Below the pieces are notes generated by a model that was not told the origin of the DNA, made no database searches, and saw nothing but the letters and a program-made list of their open reading frames with translations. Positions 30,434 to 39,859 of a stretch of DNA of 64,000 nucleotides are shown here, one piece after another. How positions within the stretch are numbered: position 1 is the first letter of the stretch; every line of letters begins with the position of its first letter. Both the position numbers and the translations under genes were made by a program. Source of the DNA: a virus; IMG/VR virus record IMGVR_UViG_3300021093_000041, positions 1-64,000 of that record; one strand, given 5' to 3'.

Positions 30434-31453
30434 ATGTATATTCCAGAAGAATATGTAATTCAGAAATTTTATCAATACGCAAACAAACCAAAGTATAACC
30501 GTCTTACACGTACCTACCAGGGAGGGTGCCCGATATGCAAAGAGGGTAAAAGCTGGGGGTTAAAAAGACGGTTATTCTATGTAGTAAAGAAAAATTTAAT
30601 ATTTTGTCATAATTGTGGGTGGAGTGGTAACCCATTAAAATGGATTACGCAAGTATCAGGAGATTCTTACAATAGCATACTAAATGATTTACAACAGTAT
30701 GATAGTATTAAAATTGTAACTGAAAAAGAAGAGAAGCAACCTATAACTAATGATTTACCCGATGATTGTATTAACTTACTAGATGAACAACAGTTACAAT
30801 TCTATAAAGATAATAAAATAATTAACACGATACACAATTATATTATTGAAAGACGGTTGAACACAGCAGTAAATAGACCTAAGACGTTATATACAAGCTT
30901 AAAAGATGGTACCCATAAGAACCGTTTAATTATACCATTTTACGAAAATGGTAAACCTATATATTATCAAAGTAGAAGTGTGTTAGATTACGATAAAAAG
31001 TTTAAACCTAAGTATCTATCTAAAAGAAACGGTGAGAAGTCATTGTTCAATATTGATAATATCAATAATGATACTGATTTTATTTTTATATTTGAAGGAC
31101 CTATAGATAGCTTTTTTGTACCTAATGGAGTGGCGGTAGCTGGCATTCAAGAAGATAGTTATTCTACATTTACAGACTTACAATCACACCAAATTAAGAA
31201 ATACCCACTACATAAACACGTGTGGGTACTGGATTCACAATGGCAAGATGAAGCAGGATTAAAGAAAACGTATAAACTTATAGAGAATAATCAAACAGTG
31301 TTTGTCTGGCCAGAAAATATCGGTAAAAAATTTAAAGATTTTAATGAAATGTGTTGTAAAGTTAAAATAGACAAAGTTAACCCAGCGTTTGTTATTGAAA
31401 ACAGTTACGCTGGGTTAAAAGCTAAGTTAGTATTAAGTAAGATAAAGATATAA
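30434..31453 (+). CDS. 61: DNA primase gp61
   Basis: CPIC...CHNC Zn finger, RLIIPFY, KYL, FEGPIDS, KDFNE. Confidence 0.92.
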   Translation: MYIPEEYVIQKFYQYANKPKYNRLTRTYQGGCPICKEGKSWGLKRRLFYVVKKNLIFCHNCGWSGNPLKWITQVSGDSYNSILNDLQQYDSIKIVTEKEEKQPITNDLPDDCINLLDEQQLQFYKDNKIINTIHNYIIERRLNTAVNRPKTLYTSLKDGTHKNRLIIPFYENGKPIYYQSRSVLDYDKKFKPKYLSKRNGEKSLFNIDNINNDTDFIFIFEGPIDSFFVPNGVAVAGIQEDSYSTFTDLQSHQIKKYPLHKHVWVLDSQWQDEAGLKKTYKLIENNQTVFVWPENIGKKFKDFNEMCCKVKIDKVNPAFVIENSYAGLKAKLVLSKIKI

Positions 31454-31855
31454 TTAAGCGTTCTTACCACTGATTAAGTAACCTTTGAACGATTGTACGA
31501 GACCGCTAAGTTCGCTAGCTACTCTAGCTATTTTCTTTGATTCAGATGATGCAATTTTTTCAAACATTGTGTCGCAACTAGCGTTATGTAATTTGGATTG
31601 AATAGACTCTTGTGGATTCCCGTTAATATATTGCACAAACTCTTCAATCTGTGTTATCCAGCCTTGTAATTCACCAGCTTGCATGTCATAAGATTGTTTA
31701 AGAACATCTTTTGTTGATAAAGTTGGTGCTTGTACATCATACTCTGCTGCTTCAGTACCTTGATCAAGTGTAGCTGTCATTGCTTCTCTATCAGAAGCTG
31801 CATCATCGTTGGCTGCTTCAATTACTCTACAAAATCTCTTATGGAATACGCTCAT
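31454..31855 (-). CDS. Hypothetical late protein
   Basis: TAAATA-N5-ATG31855. Confidence 0.55.
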   Translation of the reverse strand: MSVFHKRFCRVIEAANDDAASDREAMTATLDQGTEAAEYDVQAPTLSTKDVLKQSYDMQAGELQGWITQIEEFVQYINGNPQESIQSKLHNASCDTMFEKIASSESKKIARVASELSGLVQSFKGYLISGKNA

Positions 31856-31887
31856 ATTATTATTTATTCGCAGACTAAATATTTTAT

Positions 31888-32274
31888 ATGCCTCACTACA
31901 TATCTGAAGACGATAAAATGATGTACAATAAATGGGTGCAAGGCATAGCAACCCGGGATCTTAAGGGTAATAACATACTTTTATCTGATTTAAAACAACA
32001 AAGCAGTACACAAAATTATACAAATAGTGATGTAGGTTCACCTAATTATAAATTACCAAAAAAACTTCCATACCCTCTCGATACCATTTACGATGACTTA
32101 GCTGGTTTTATAGTTTCATATAGTAATATCCTTGAAAAACTTAAAAGAGGGTTTGAAAACCCTATAACAAAAGGCAAGGATAAAGAAAAGTATGATCAAA
32201 TAATTAGTAAGTTTAAATTAATTGAAACTATACTTAAAGACACTGTCAACACATTTGATGACAAAGTTGAATAA
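31888..32274 (+). CDS. Hypothetical late protein
   Basis: TAAATA-N6-ATG. Confidence 0.5.
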   Translation: MPHYISEDDKMMYNKWVQGIATRDLKGNNILLSDLKQQSSTQNYTNSDVGSPNYKLPKKLPYPLDTIYDDLAGFIVSYSNILEKLKRGFENPITKGKDKEKYDQIISKFKLIETILKDTVNTFDDKVE

Positions 32275-32301
32275 TTAATTTTATTCAATATATTATGTAG
32301 T

Positions 32302-32739
32302 ATGAATTTTAATAAGGTTATACTAGGTGTAATTATTTGGGTTGCAATGAGTGTTGGTATTGCAATTAGTTTGAATATGATACTAAATGTATCGTTTTTT
32401 CCAACTTTTTTTGTTTCTTTATTGGTTCAATATTTTATCAGTGATACCGTGTATAGAATTTTAGCTGCAAAAGATATCACCAAAGCAAGAGAGTTGGAAA
32501 AAGAAATGTTAGACCAAATGAGTCAACAGTATGCGCAAGTAAAATGTCCTTGCGATAAAAATACTTCGCAACTTGTAATGTTAAATATTAATCAAGAAAA
32601 TTTGTACAATTGTAATAGTTGTAATAAAGAATTAAAATGTATAGTTGGTTGGAAATCGTTTCAAACTACCGAACCAGTAACCCAAGATCCGTTTAAAAAT
32701 TTCAATTTCGTAGAAAATAAAGATTATGAAATACAGTGA
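32302..32739 (+). CDS. Two-TM membrane protein with Cys-rich ribbon
   Basis: Two N-terminal hydrophobic helices; CPC...CNSC. Confidence 0.55.
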   Translation: MNFNKVILGVIIWVAMSVGIAISLNMILNVSFFPTFFVSLLVQYFISDTVYRILAAKDITKARELEKEMLDQMSQQYAQVKCPCDKNTSQLVMLNINQENLYNCNSCNKELKCIVGWKSFQTTEPVTQDPFKNFNFVENKDYEIQ

Positions 32740-33112
32740 AGTAAACCCCACTTTTGCACCACCAATACGTGACGTACCACATCAAATTGATTATACAAAT
32801 TTAGATCAAAAATGGTCTAATGATTCTGATTTAAATATAAAATATAAATTAGGTCAACAGTATAAAATAACTGACAATACACCTTTATGTGTTTTAGATA
32901 CTATTGTTGATTGTGTGTTTGACTATATTAAAAGTGTACAGACTGACCCTAATACTAAAATTATTATAGCAAATCACCGTGATATAATTAAAAGTGTAAT
33001 TAAAAATTTACACGATTCGAAAATAACAGTTGATTATAAACATATTTTATGTATTATTGATGGTATAACATATGCAAATGGAAGAAATTTATACCGCAAA
33101 GACAGTAGATGA
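32726..33112 (+). CDS. Hypothetical protein
   Basis: ORF only. Confidence 0.45.
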   Translation: MKYSEVNPTFAPPIRDVPHQIDYTNLDQKWSNDSDLNIKYKLGQQYKITDNTPLCVLDTIVDCVFDYIKSVQTDPNTKIIIANHRDIIKSVIKNLHDSKITVDYKHILCIIDGITYANGRNLYRKDSR

Positions 33113-33410
33113 AATGGGTAGTGAAGAATTAGCAAGATGGTTATGCTTGTTTGAAGCAGTTGATATAGTAACAGAAAAAGCTAACAAACAAAACATTGAC
33201 CTTAATCAAACTAATGAATGGATCAAACCACTTTCATTTAAAACCTATATAAAAGAAACATATTTTTCGATGCTTGATAAAGTATGTCATTATCGTAATG
33301 AAATACCTCGTTTTGATGTACCAGCTTATTCAATCGTTGAAGTTGATAATCAAGATTCAATTGAAATAAATATTGAAACAGAGGAAGAGAGTAAAGATGT
33401 GTTAATATGA
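33072..33410 (+). CDS. Hypothetical protein
   Basis: ORF only. Confidence 0.45.
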   Translation: MQMEEIYTAKTVDEMGSEELARWLCLFEAVDIVTEKANKQNIDLNQTNEWIKPLSFKTYIKETYFSMLDKVCHYRNEIPRFDVPAYSIVEVDNQDSIEINIETEEESKDVLI

Positions 33411-33697
33411 CGTATATAATTGGTACAACTTTTAGTGTAAAGCGTCAGGAGTTAAAACCTGGTATAACTAGTTCAGCTCTTAGACCAAAGAGTAGCGGTA
33501 GTTTTTTACCACCAGGTACATACACTATTAATTATATCAAACTAATTAAAGAAGGTGTGGATTATACATTTGTAAATCAAAACGGTGAAATGTTAGTTGT
33601 TAATTTTAAATCTATAGGTCAAGCAGATGACTTCATATCTTCTGCAAGAGGGGAAAGAATACCCAATTACACTCAAATATACAGTAAACTAGCTTAA
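33407..33697 (+). CDS. Hypothetical protein
   Basis: ORF only. Confidence 0.45.
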   Translation: MTYIIGTTFSVKRQELKPGITSSALRPKSSGSFLPPGTYTINYIKLIKEGVDYTFVNQNGEMLVVNFKSIGQADDFISSARGERIPNYTQIYSKLA

Positions 33698-34434
33698 GTA
33701 CCGTAACCACCGTATACATCATCATTGCTATCAGTATTGTCTGTATAGTTGAATATTTCTTTTGAACTATCATCAAAGTTTTCAGCGTATGGTTTCTGAT
33801 CCATTGTATTACCAGATAATCCTGCGTATCTACTATCGTAAACTTGATTGTTAACACCTTCTGCAGATAAGCCAGGTTCGTAACTCCATTCGAATCTCTT
33901 AGCCTTAATTAACCAAACGTAGTGACCCATCAATTGACTGGTACGTGATGCGTCTTCGTCGAATCTTTCTGTAATTTCAAATTGTTTACCGGTTCTACCA
34001 TTTGGTCTACCTTCACCGTATTCAGTTAAAACAAATACATCTCCCGCTTTAGGTTCGGTATTTTGACCAAAGGCATTATAAAAACCTTTTATAGATATAT
34101 AAGCTGTTACTTCATCTTCAGATTGTATACCAAATTTTGTCAACATTATAGCATTTTCATTTAAGTCTACACCTATAACTATTTCTTTAGGATCACCATA
34201 ATGTCTGGTTGGATCTTCACCATAAAAATTATCGGCTCCAGATAAACTGTAATTGTTTACAAAATACGATACTTTTTGACCATACAAATTAATTATTTCC
34301 CGCCAATAATTATCGAAAACGTCTTGCTCACAACCAAGTGTAGTTTTATTTAAAAATCTAAAACAAGTATTAACCGGTTGCGAGTACGGATATACTTTTG
34401 CACTATTATTACCTTTGTAACGACCCATTGACAT
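33694..34434 (-). CDS. 14: Neck/head completion protein gp14-like
   Basis: EIINLYG, FYGED, KFGIQSEDE, PKAGD, FEIT, RFEWSYE. Confidence 0.78.
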   Translation of the reverse strand: MSMGRYKGNNSAKVYPYSQPVNTCFRFLNKTTLGCEQDVFDNYWREIINLYGQKVSYFVNNYSLSGADNFYGEDPTRHYGDPKEIVIGVDLNENAIMLTKFGIQSEDEVTAYISIKGFYNAFGQNTEPKAGDVFVLTEYGEGRPNGRTGKQFEITERFDEDASRTSQLMGHYVWLIKAKRFEWSYEPGLSAEGVNNQVYDSRYAGLSGNTMDQKPYAENFDDSSKEIFNYTDNTDSNDDVYGGYGT

Positions 34435-34435
34435 A

Positions 34436-34759
34436 TTATTTTGTTTTAACCATTAAAATTTTTCCTGTATTTGTTTTTTTCAAACCAACACCTGTACGTT
34501 TCAAACCTTTTACCTTACCTACCGGTAAATGCCTCACGTTAAACATATTTTTTAATTTATTTGTATCTGTATTTGATAAAGTTGTTTGATTTTTATTTTT
34601 TTGTTTTTTAAAGTGGTTTTTTGTTTTAGGTGAGGTTTTAGGTCTTATATATTTAGGCACTGTGTAAGCATGTTTTCTAGTGCTAGGGTCTCTAACAAGG
34701 GGGTGTCTATGCCTATGTTGTACTTGTCTATCAAAGTAATCTTTAAATGACCCCAGCAT
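34436..34759 (-). CDS. Highly basic small late protein
   Basis: K/R/H-rich; TAAATA-N7-ATG34759 downstream of a terminator. Confidence 0.5.
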   Translation of the reverse strand: MLGSFKDYFDRQVQHRHRHPLVRDPSTRKHAYTVPKYIRPKTSPKTKNHFKKQKNKNQTTLSNTDTNKLKNMFNVRHLPVGKVKGLKRTGVGLKKTNTGKILMVKTK

Positions 34760-34774
34760 ATATATATATTTATT

Positions 34775-34804
34775 AAAAAACCCTGATAGTTGCCTATCAG
34801 GGTT
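34775..34804 (-). terminator. Rho-independent terminator
   Basis: Minus strand CCCTGATAG-GCAA-CTATCAGGG-TTTTTT. Confidence 0.82.
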
Positions 34805-34825
34805 CAATATTTTGTAAACTATTTA

Positions 34826-36403
34826 TTACGCTGGTTGAAAGAATGTATCACCGACTTTTGAACTTGTTGTTGACTTAACAACGTTTGACTTACCTTTAAC
34901 ATTTGTCAATTCTGTACCTTTTGTCTGATTAACTAATGGGTGGCCTTCGTCACCATCATTACCAACCTTGTCAGTTACTTTACCGTCGCCACCTTTACCT
35001 GGCTTAGCAAGTTTTGATACTGTGCTGTCGACTACGTTACCTTTACCTTTAACTGGAATAGGGTCACCTTTCTTCTGATTTACGAGTGGATGGCCAAGTT
35101 CTTCAGCTTCAATCTCTTCACCATATCCCATCATTGGTTGCTGTTCGTCTTCCTCACCTATTTCTTCGACTTCACCTTCATCTTCAAGTTCTTCTGATCC
35201 ACTGAGAATATCACTTAACAAAGCGTGAAGATGTTGTGCAACTTCTCTTGGAATGGTAAGAGTAACATTTTCACCCTCATCACCAGCTTCGAGTTCAGGT
35301 GCACCAGCTTCTGCCTCAGCTTCAGCTGCACCAAGTGCAATTGCGTCTTCATCACCCATTACATCTTCATAAAGTTTATCGAATATTGATTTACTCATAT
35401 CATTATTTATATTTTCTTTAGCAATTTTCTTTACCCCCTGTGAAAATTTATTTACATCGTAAAAATTTTCTTTTGTACCACCTGGTTCAATAGGGGTTTG
35501 GGGTAATTCAACACCATCTGATTCAGGGCCAGAATTTTTTATAAAAGGTGTTTTTGTTGGTGTTTCTGTTGCTGTTGGTAACGATTGAAATTTAACTTTA
35601 CCTGGTTGTTTAAAGGTTTTAGCTTTTTGTGGCTTATAATTAGCACCAGTCATTAAATTTGGATTTTTTTTACCACCGAAAAAGTCAAATTTTTCAGAAC
35701 GTAATTTAGCTAAAACAGCTCCAGCTACTTTTTGACCAGCTTTTTTAGAACCATATTTTTTAGCTGCACCCTTAGCAATTTTCTTAAATTGTTTGCCAGG
35801 TTTACCAATATCTTTACCAGCTTTTGCTTGCTTAGCTGAATATGATTTTTTAGCTTCTGTTACATGTTCACCTTTTGGTAATTCACCAGAACCACCCATT
35901 GCTTTGTCAATTGCTGAACCTCTGGCTTTTTCGTATTCAGAAAGTTTACCATCTTTATTAAGATCAGATTTAGTTGTATCAATCTCATCTTCTTGATTTA
36001 ACATTTTTTTAAGTTCGTTAATTGCCATGTCACCTTCTTCATCGGTAAGGCCTTTACCTGTTTTGCTCTTAATATCATCGCTGACATCAAATACAAGTGA
36101 ATTTATATCCGAATCTTTAGGCATATTTTCGGTTGCGCTCATACAAGCTTTAAGTATGAGTTGTTCGCGGGAATTACCTAATTTTTCAAATTCACCTTCC
36201 TCAACCTTTTCATTCACAATTGCGGCACCTTTTGTACCTTTATTGTAAATTTCGGTATACATATTGTTTAAAGTTTTTAAGTTCTTATCACTTGCTGATG
36301 AAAAATGGTTACCTGATTGCTGAGGTGTGTAGGTCTTTTCTTCTATTGGCTTGATCGAAGAATAAAGATCTGCAAGACCTTGCATTTGACGTGTTAAATT
36401 CAT
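34826..36403 (-). CDS. Modular late protein (basic and acidic blocks), probable prohead/internal protein
   Basis: DLNKDGKLSEYEKARG, AGKDIGKPGKQF modules, 2x GHPLVNQ; TAAATA-N5-ATG; internal promoter/start at 35398. Confidence 0.6.
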   Translation of the reverse strand: MNLTRQMQGLADLYSSIKPIEEKTYTPQQSGNHFSSASDKNLKTLNNMYTEIYNKGTKGAAIVNEKVEEGEFEKLGNSREQLILKACMSATENMPKDSDINSLVFDVSDDIKSKTGKGLTDEEGDMAINELKKMLNQEDEIDTTKSDLNKDGKLSEYEKARGSAIDKAMGGSGELPKGEHVTEAKKSYSAKQAKAGKDIGKPGKQFKKIAKGAAKKYGSKKAGQKVAGAVLAKLRSEKFDFFGGKKNPNLMTGANYKPQKAKTFKQPGKVKFQSLPTATETPTKTPFIKNSGPESDGVELPQTPIEPGGTKENFYDVNKFSQGVKKIAKENINNDMSKSIFDKLYEDVMGDEDAIALGAAEAEAEAGAPELEAGDEGENVTLTIPREVAQHLHALLSDILSGSEELEDEGEVEEIGEEDEQQPMMGYGEEIEAEELGHPLVNQKKGDPIPVKGKGNVVDSTVSKLAKPGKGGDGKVTDKVGNDGDEGHPLVNQTKGTELTNVKGKSNVVKSTTSSKVGDTFFQPA

Positions 36404-36437
36404 ATTTATATTTATTGTCCGCTTACTAAATAATAGA

Positions 36438-39194
36438 GTGGCAATAGGAAAACAACGAGAACACTACCTGGGTAATCCAAATTTACCAACAGCAAATACT
36501 AGCTTTGAGTATACTCCTGAGATGATTAAAGAGATTAAAAAATCATCTGATGATATTGTACACTTTGCTTCAACTTACTTTTATATAATTAGCTTAGATG
36601 AAGGTAGAAAATGTATTGAACTACATAAATGTCAAAAACGGGTTCTCAAAAAAATGATGGATAACCGTTTTTTTATACTTTTAGCTTCCCGTCAGATAGG
36701 TAAGGCATTAGCATTAGATACACCTATACCAACACCGAACGGGTGGACAACTATGGGTGAGCTTAAACAAGGTGATCAAGTATACGGTTTAGATGGTAAA
36801 CCATGTAATATTTTATGTGCGCATGATGTGATGTATGGTAGACCATGTTATAAAATAACATTTGATAATGGTGAAACAATTATTGCAGATGAAGAACATT
36901 TATGGTTTACAGAGTCGAAAAATGAAAGATATAAAGGCGGAACTGTTAAGACAACAGGTGAAATCTGTAAAACATTATTAGCTGGTAAAGAGCCTAACCA
37001 TCGTATACCAATGTGTATTAATGGTGTTACATATGAATCTAGTAATTTACCTATTGATCCTTATGTGCTAGGTATGTGGCTAGGTGACGGTACATCAAGT
37101 GGTGCTACTATCTCAATAGGTAAACGTGATTTAAATGAAACGATAGATACACTTAAAACATATCAATCACAATTTGATAAATTAACTTTACACGAATATT
37201 ATGCAGATAATTATACATTAAGGTTATCTACAACAAGTAATGTTAAAACCAAAAGTTTATCTACATTATTGCATGATAATAACTTAATAGATAATAAACA
37301 TATACCGACTGCTTACTTACAATCTTCAAGACAACAAAGATTAAAATTATTACAAGGTTTAATTGATAGTGATGGTTATATCAATAAAAACGGTGTTTGT
37401 CAATTTTATAATACTAATATACGGTTGGTTAAACAGGTAAAAGAACTGGTTGAGAGCCTTGGCTACAAAGTTACATTTAAACAATATACCCCTACATTAA
37501 ACGGGGTCGAATGCGCTGAATGCGGGTGTATTACTTTTACACCTATTGAGTATGTAGCAACTTTAATGTTTAAAAAGTCGCGTATAAAACCTAAACCACT
37601 ACATGTACAATCAAAATTTAGATCCCAATGGCATTATATTAAAAATGTTGAGAAGATTGACTCTGTACCTGTAAGATGCATAACTGTAGATAGTAAAGAT
37701 AATTTATTTCTCTGTGGTAGACAGTATATACCCACACATAACACCACATTAATGACAATATATGCACTTTGGTTTGCTTGTTTTAACGATGATCAAAAAG
37801 TGTTAATTGTTGCAAATAAAGAAGGTACCGCTAAAGAAATTTTTAGTAGAATACGTTTAGCATATGAAGAATTACCTAATTGGTTGAAAGCAGGTGTTAA
37901 AGAATATGGTAAGGAATCCATGGTTTTGAGTAATGGTAGTTCAATAGGTATAAGTACCACAACGGGTACAGCTGCCCGTGGTATGTCAGTCAGTTTACTT
38001 ATTTTGGATGAGTTGGCGTTTATTGAACCACACATAGTAAATGAGTTCTGGAAATCAGTGTTTCCCATTGTTTCGTCATCTAAAAAATCAAAAATCTTTA
38101 TAGCTTCAACAGCCAACGGGACAGATAATTTATTTTACGATATATATTCCAAAGCAGAAGCTAATAAAAATAATTGGGCTTACGATAAGGTTCTTTGGAG
38201 TGAGATTCCTGGTAGAAATTTACTGTGGAGACGTGAAATGATACTCGCTCTTGGTAGCGAAGAGGCATTTGATCAAGAGTTTGGTTGCAAGTTTATACAA
38301 ACAGGTGAATCAGCAGTTGATGAAGTTTTATTTGCACATTTAAAAAAGAATATACGCCAACCACAGTTTGTTTTAGATGAAGGTAAATACTATGTTTATA
38401 AAGACCCTGAACCTAACGGTGTTTACGTTGTGGGTGTTGATGTAGCGGAAGGTCTGGGTGAAAATTATACGTCAATCCAAATTTTAGATTTACAAGATTT
38501 GACCAATATTGAACAAGTTGCGACCTATAATTGTAACACAATTGCTCCTATTCACTTCACAAAAAAGTTGCATGAAATTTTAACGCAATGGGGTAACCCA
38601 TTGGTGTCAATAGAAAGAAATAACTGCGGGGGTCAAGTAATTGATCAATTGTTTTATTCTTATAATTACACTAATATTTTAACTTACGGCTATGGAAACA
38701 GCTTAAAAATTGCAACCAATAAAAAAGGTATTACATCACACTCTAATATAAAATTTAAAGGGGTGATGAATAAAAGATATTGGTTAAAAGAACAAAAAGC
38801 TGTTGCAATAAGGGATGAAAATACGTTAAAAGAACTTAAGAATTTCGTAAGATACCCTAACGGTTCATGGAAAGCTAGACCTGGTGCGGATGTATTTGAT
38901 GACCGTGTAATGAGTCTAGTATGGGCTCTAATTGTATTGGATAACGAACTTGTTGAAAAATATTTTCATGTTGAAAAGTATGATGAAAATAAAAGACCGT
39001 TAATTATTAAACCATATCACGATACATCAAATGTTGCTTTACATTCATTTAATTCAATTTACAACGGGATGAATAATTTACAACAAGGTTTACCTACACC
39101 TTTTGTATTTACATCAAATGAAGGTGAGCCAAATGAAGACTTAGATGAACTAAAAGCAATGGGGTACTCTTTCTTACATCAACAAAGGTACTAA
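36438..39194 (+). CDS. 17: Terminase large subunit gp17 containing an intein
   Basis: YLGNPNL, ASRQIGK[intein]TT, LDELAF, STANG, FDQEFGC, GVDVAEG, DDRVM. Confidence 0.95.
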   Translation: MAIGKQREHYLGNPNLPTANTSFEYTPEMIKEIKKSSDDIVHFASTYFYIISLDEGRKCIELHKCQKRVLKKMMDNRFFILLASRQIGKALALDTPIPTPNGWTTMGELKQGDQVYGLDGKPCNILCAHDVMYGRPCYKITFDNGETIIADEEHLWFTESKNERYKGGTVKTTGEICKTLLAGKEPNHRIPMCINGVTYESSNLPIDPYVLGMWLGDGTSSGATISIGKRDLNETIDTLKTYQSQFDKLTLHEYYADNYTLRLSTTSNVKTKSLSTLLHDNNLIDNKHIPTAYLQSSRQQRLKLLQGLIDSDGYINKNGVCQFYNTNIRLVKQVKELVESLGYKVTFKQYTPTLNGVECAECGCITFTPIEYVATLMFKKSRIKPKPLHVQSKFRSQWHYIKNVEKIDSVPVRCITVDSKDNLFLCGRQYIPTHNTTLMTIYALWFACFNDDQKVLIVANKEGTAKEIFSRIRLAYEELPNWLKAGVKEYGKESMVLSNGSSIGISTTTGTAARGMSVSLLILDELAFIEPHIVNEFWKSVFPIVSSSKKSKIFIASTANGTDNLFYDIYSKAEANKNNWAYDKVLWSEIPGRNLLWRREMILALGSEEAFDQEFGCKFIQTGESAVDEVLFAHLKKNIRQPQFVLDEGKYYVYKDPEPNGVYVVGVDVAEGLGENYTSIQILDLQDLTNIEQVATYNCNTIAPIHFTKKLHEILTQWGNPLVSIERNNCGGQVIDQLFYSYNYTNILTYGYGNSLKIATNKKGITSHSNIKFKGVMNKRYWLKEQKAVAIRDENTLKELKNFVRYPNGSWKARPGADVFDDRVMSLVWALIVLDNELVEKYFHVEKYDENKRPLIIKPYHDTSNVALHSFNSIYNGMNNLQQGLPTPFVFTSNEGEPNEDLDELKAMGYSFLHQQRY
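36705..37742 (+). mobile_element. Class 3 intein with LAGLIDADG homing endonuclease (346 aa)
   Basis: Starts Ala (ALALDTPIPTP), DEEHLW, VRCITVD, ends PTHN|T; LGMWLGDG and QGLIDSDG; splits Walker A. Confidence 0.92.
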
Positions 39195-39205
39195 TAAATA
39201 TTATT

Positions 39206-39826
39206 GTGGCAGATATACCAGTCAATTCATTACCGTATACGCAAGCTCCGATCAATAAACAGAGAGCGGATAAATTTATTCTTGTGTTAACACCACCTAA
39301 GATATTTAGAGAATTTGATATCGGTAACATTTTTCCAACAAGTATACAATATAGTGTGTATGGTACTATAATACCTGAAATCAGTGTACCATCTACAACT
39401 TTAGGGTTTGGTAATCAAAGTATTAAAGTATCAACTTATTCAAGAACACCTTATAATGACATCACTGTAAACTTTACTGTAGATAATAGATTTCATAATT
39501 ACTATTTTATCTATAAATGGTTAGATATTTTAAATGATGATAAAGACGGTATTTTTGCAAAATCTGACCAAGGTGGTATAGATGATGTGGTTAAGTCTAT
39601 ATCAAGAAAGAATTACAAACAAGGGTTATCTGAGTCAGACCTTTACTATACTGACTTTACTTTATATAGTTTAGATGAGTATAATAATAAAATAGCACAA
39701 TTTACATACACCAAAGCATTTCCAGTAAATTTAGGGTCTTTAACAGCTAATTACAGGGATGCTACTCAATATGATACAGCTTTTACATTTTCATTTAATC
39801 AATTTTACATGAAACTTTTGATCTAG
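39206..39826 (+). CDS. 3: Tail tube terminator gp3-like
   Basis: IPEISV, FTVDNRFHNY..IYKWL, FTYTKAFPVNLG; next to sheath gene. Confidence 0.7.
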   Translation: MADIPVNSLPYTQAPINKQRADKFILVLTPPKIFREFDIGNIFPTSIQYSVYGTIIPEISVPSTTLGFGNQSIKVSTYSRTPYNDITVNFTVDNRFHNYYFIYKWLDILNDDKDGIFAKSDQGGIDDVVKSISRKNYKQGLSESDLYYTDFTLYSLDEYNNKIAQFTYTKAFPVNLGSLTANYRDATQYDTAFTFSFNQFYMKLLI

Positions 39827-39859
39827 AAAAAAAGTGGTACGTAATCAATAAATATAAAT

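Noticed and set aside
33072-33410. gp33 late co-activator assignment
   Set aside because: Size fits but no recognisable motif, so left hypothetical
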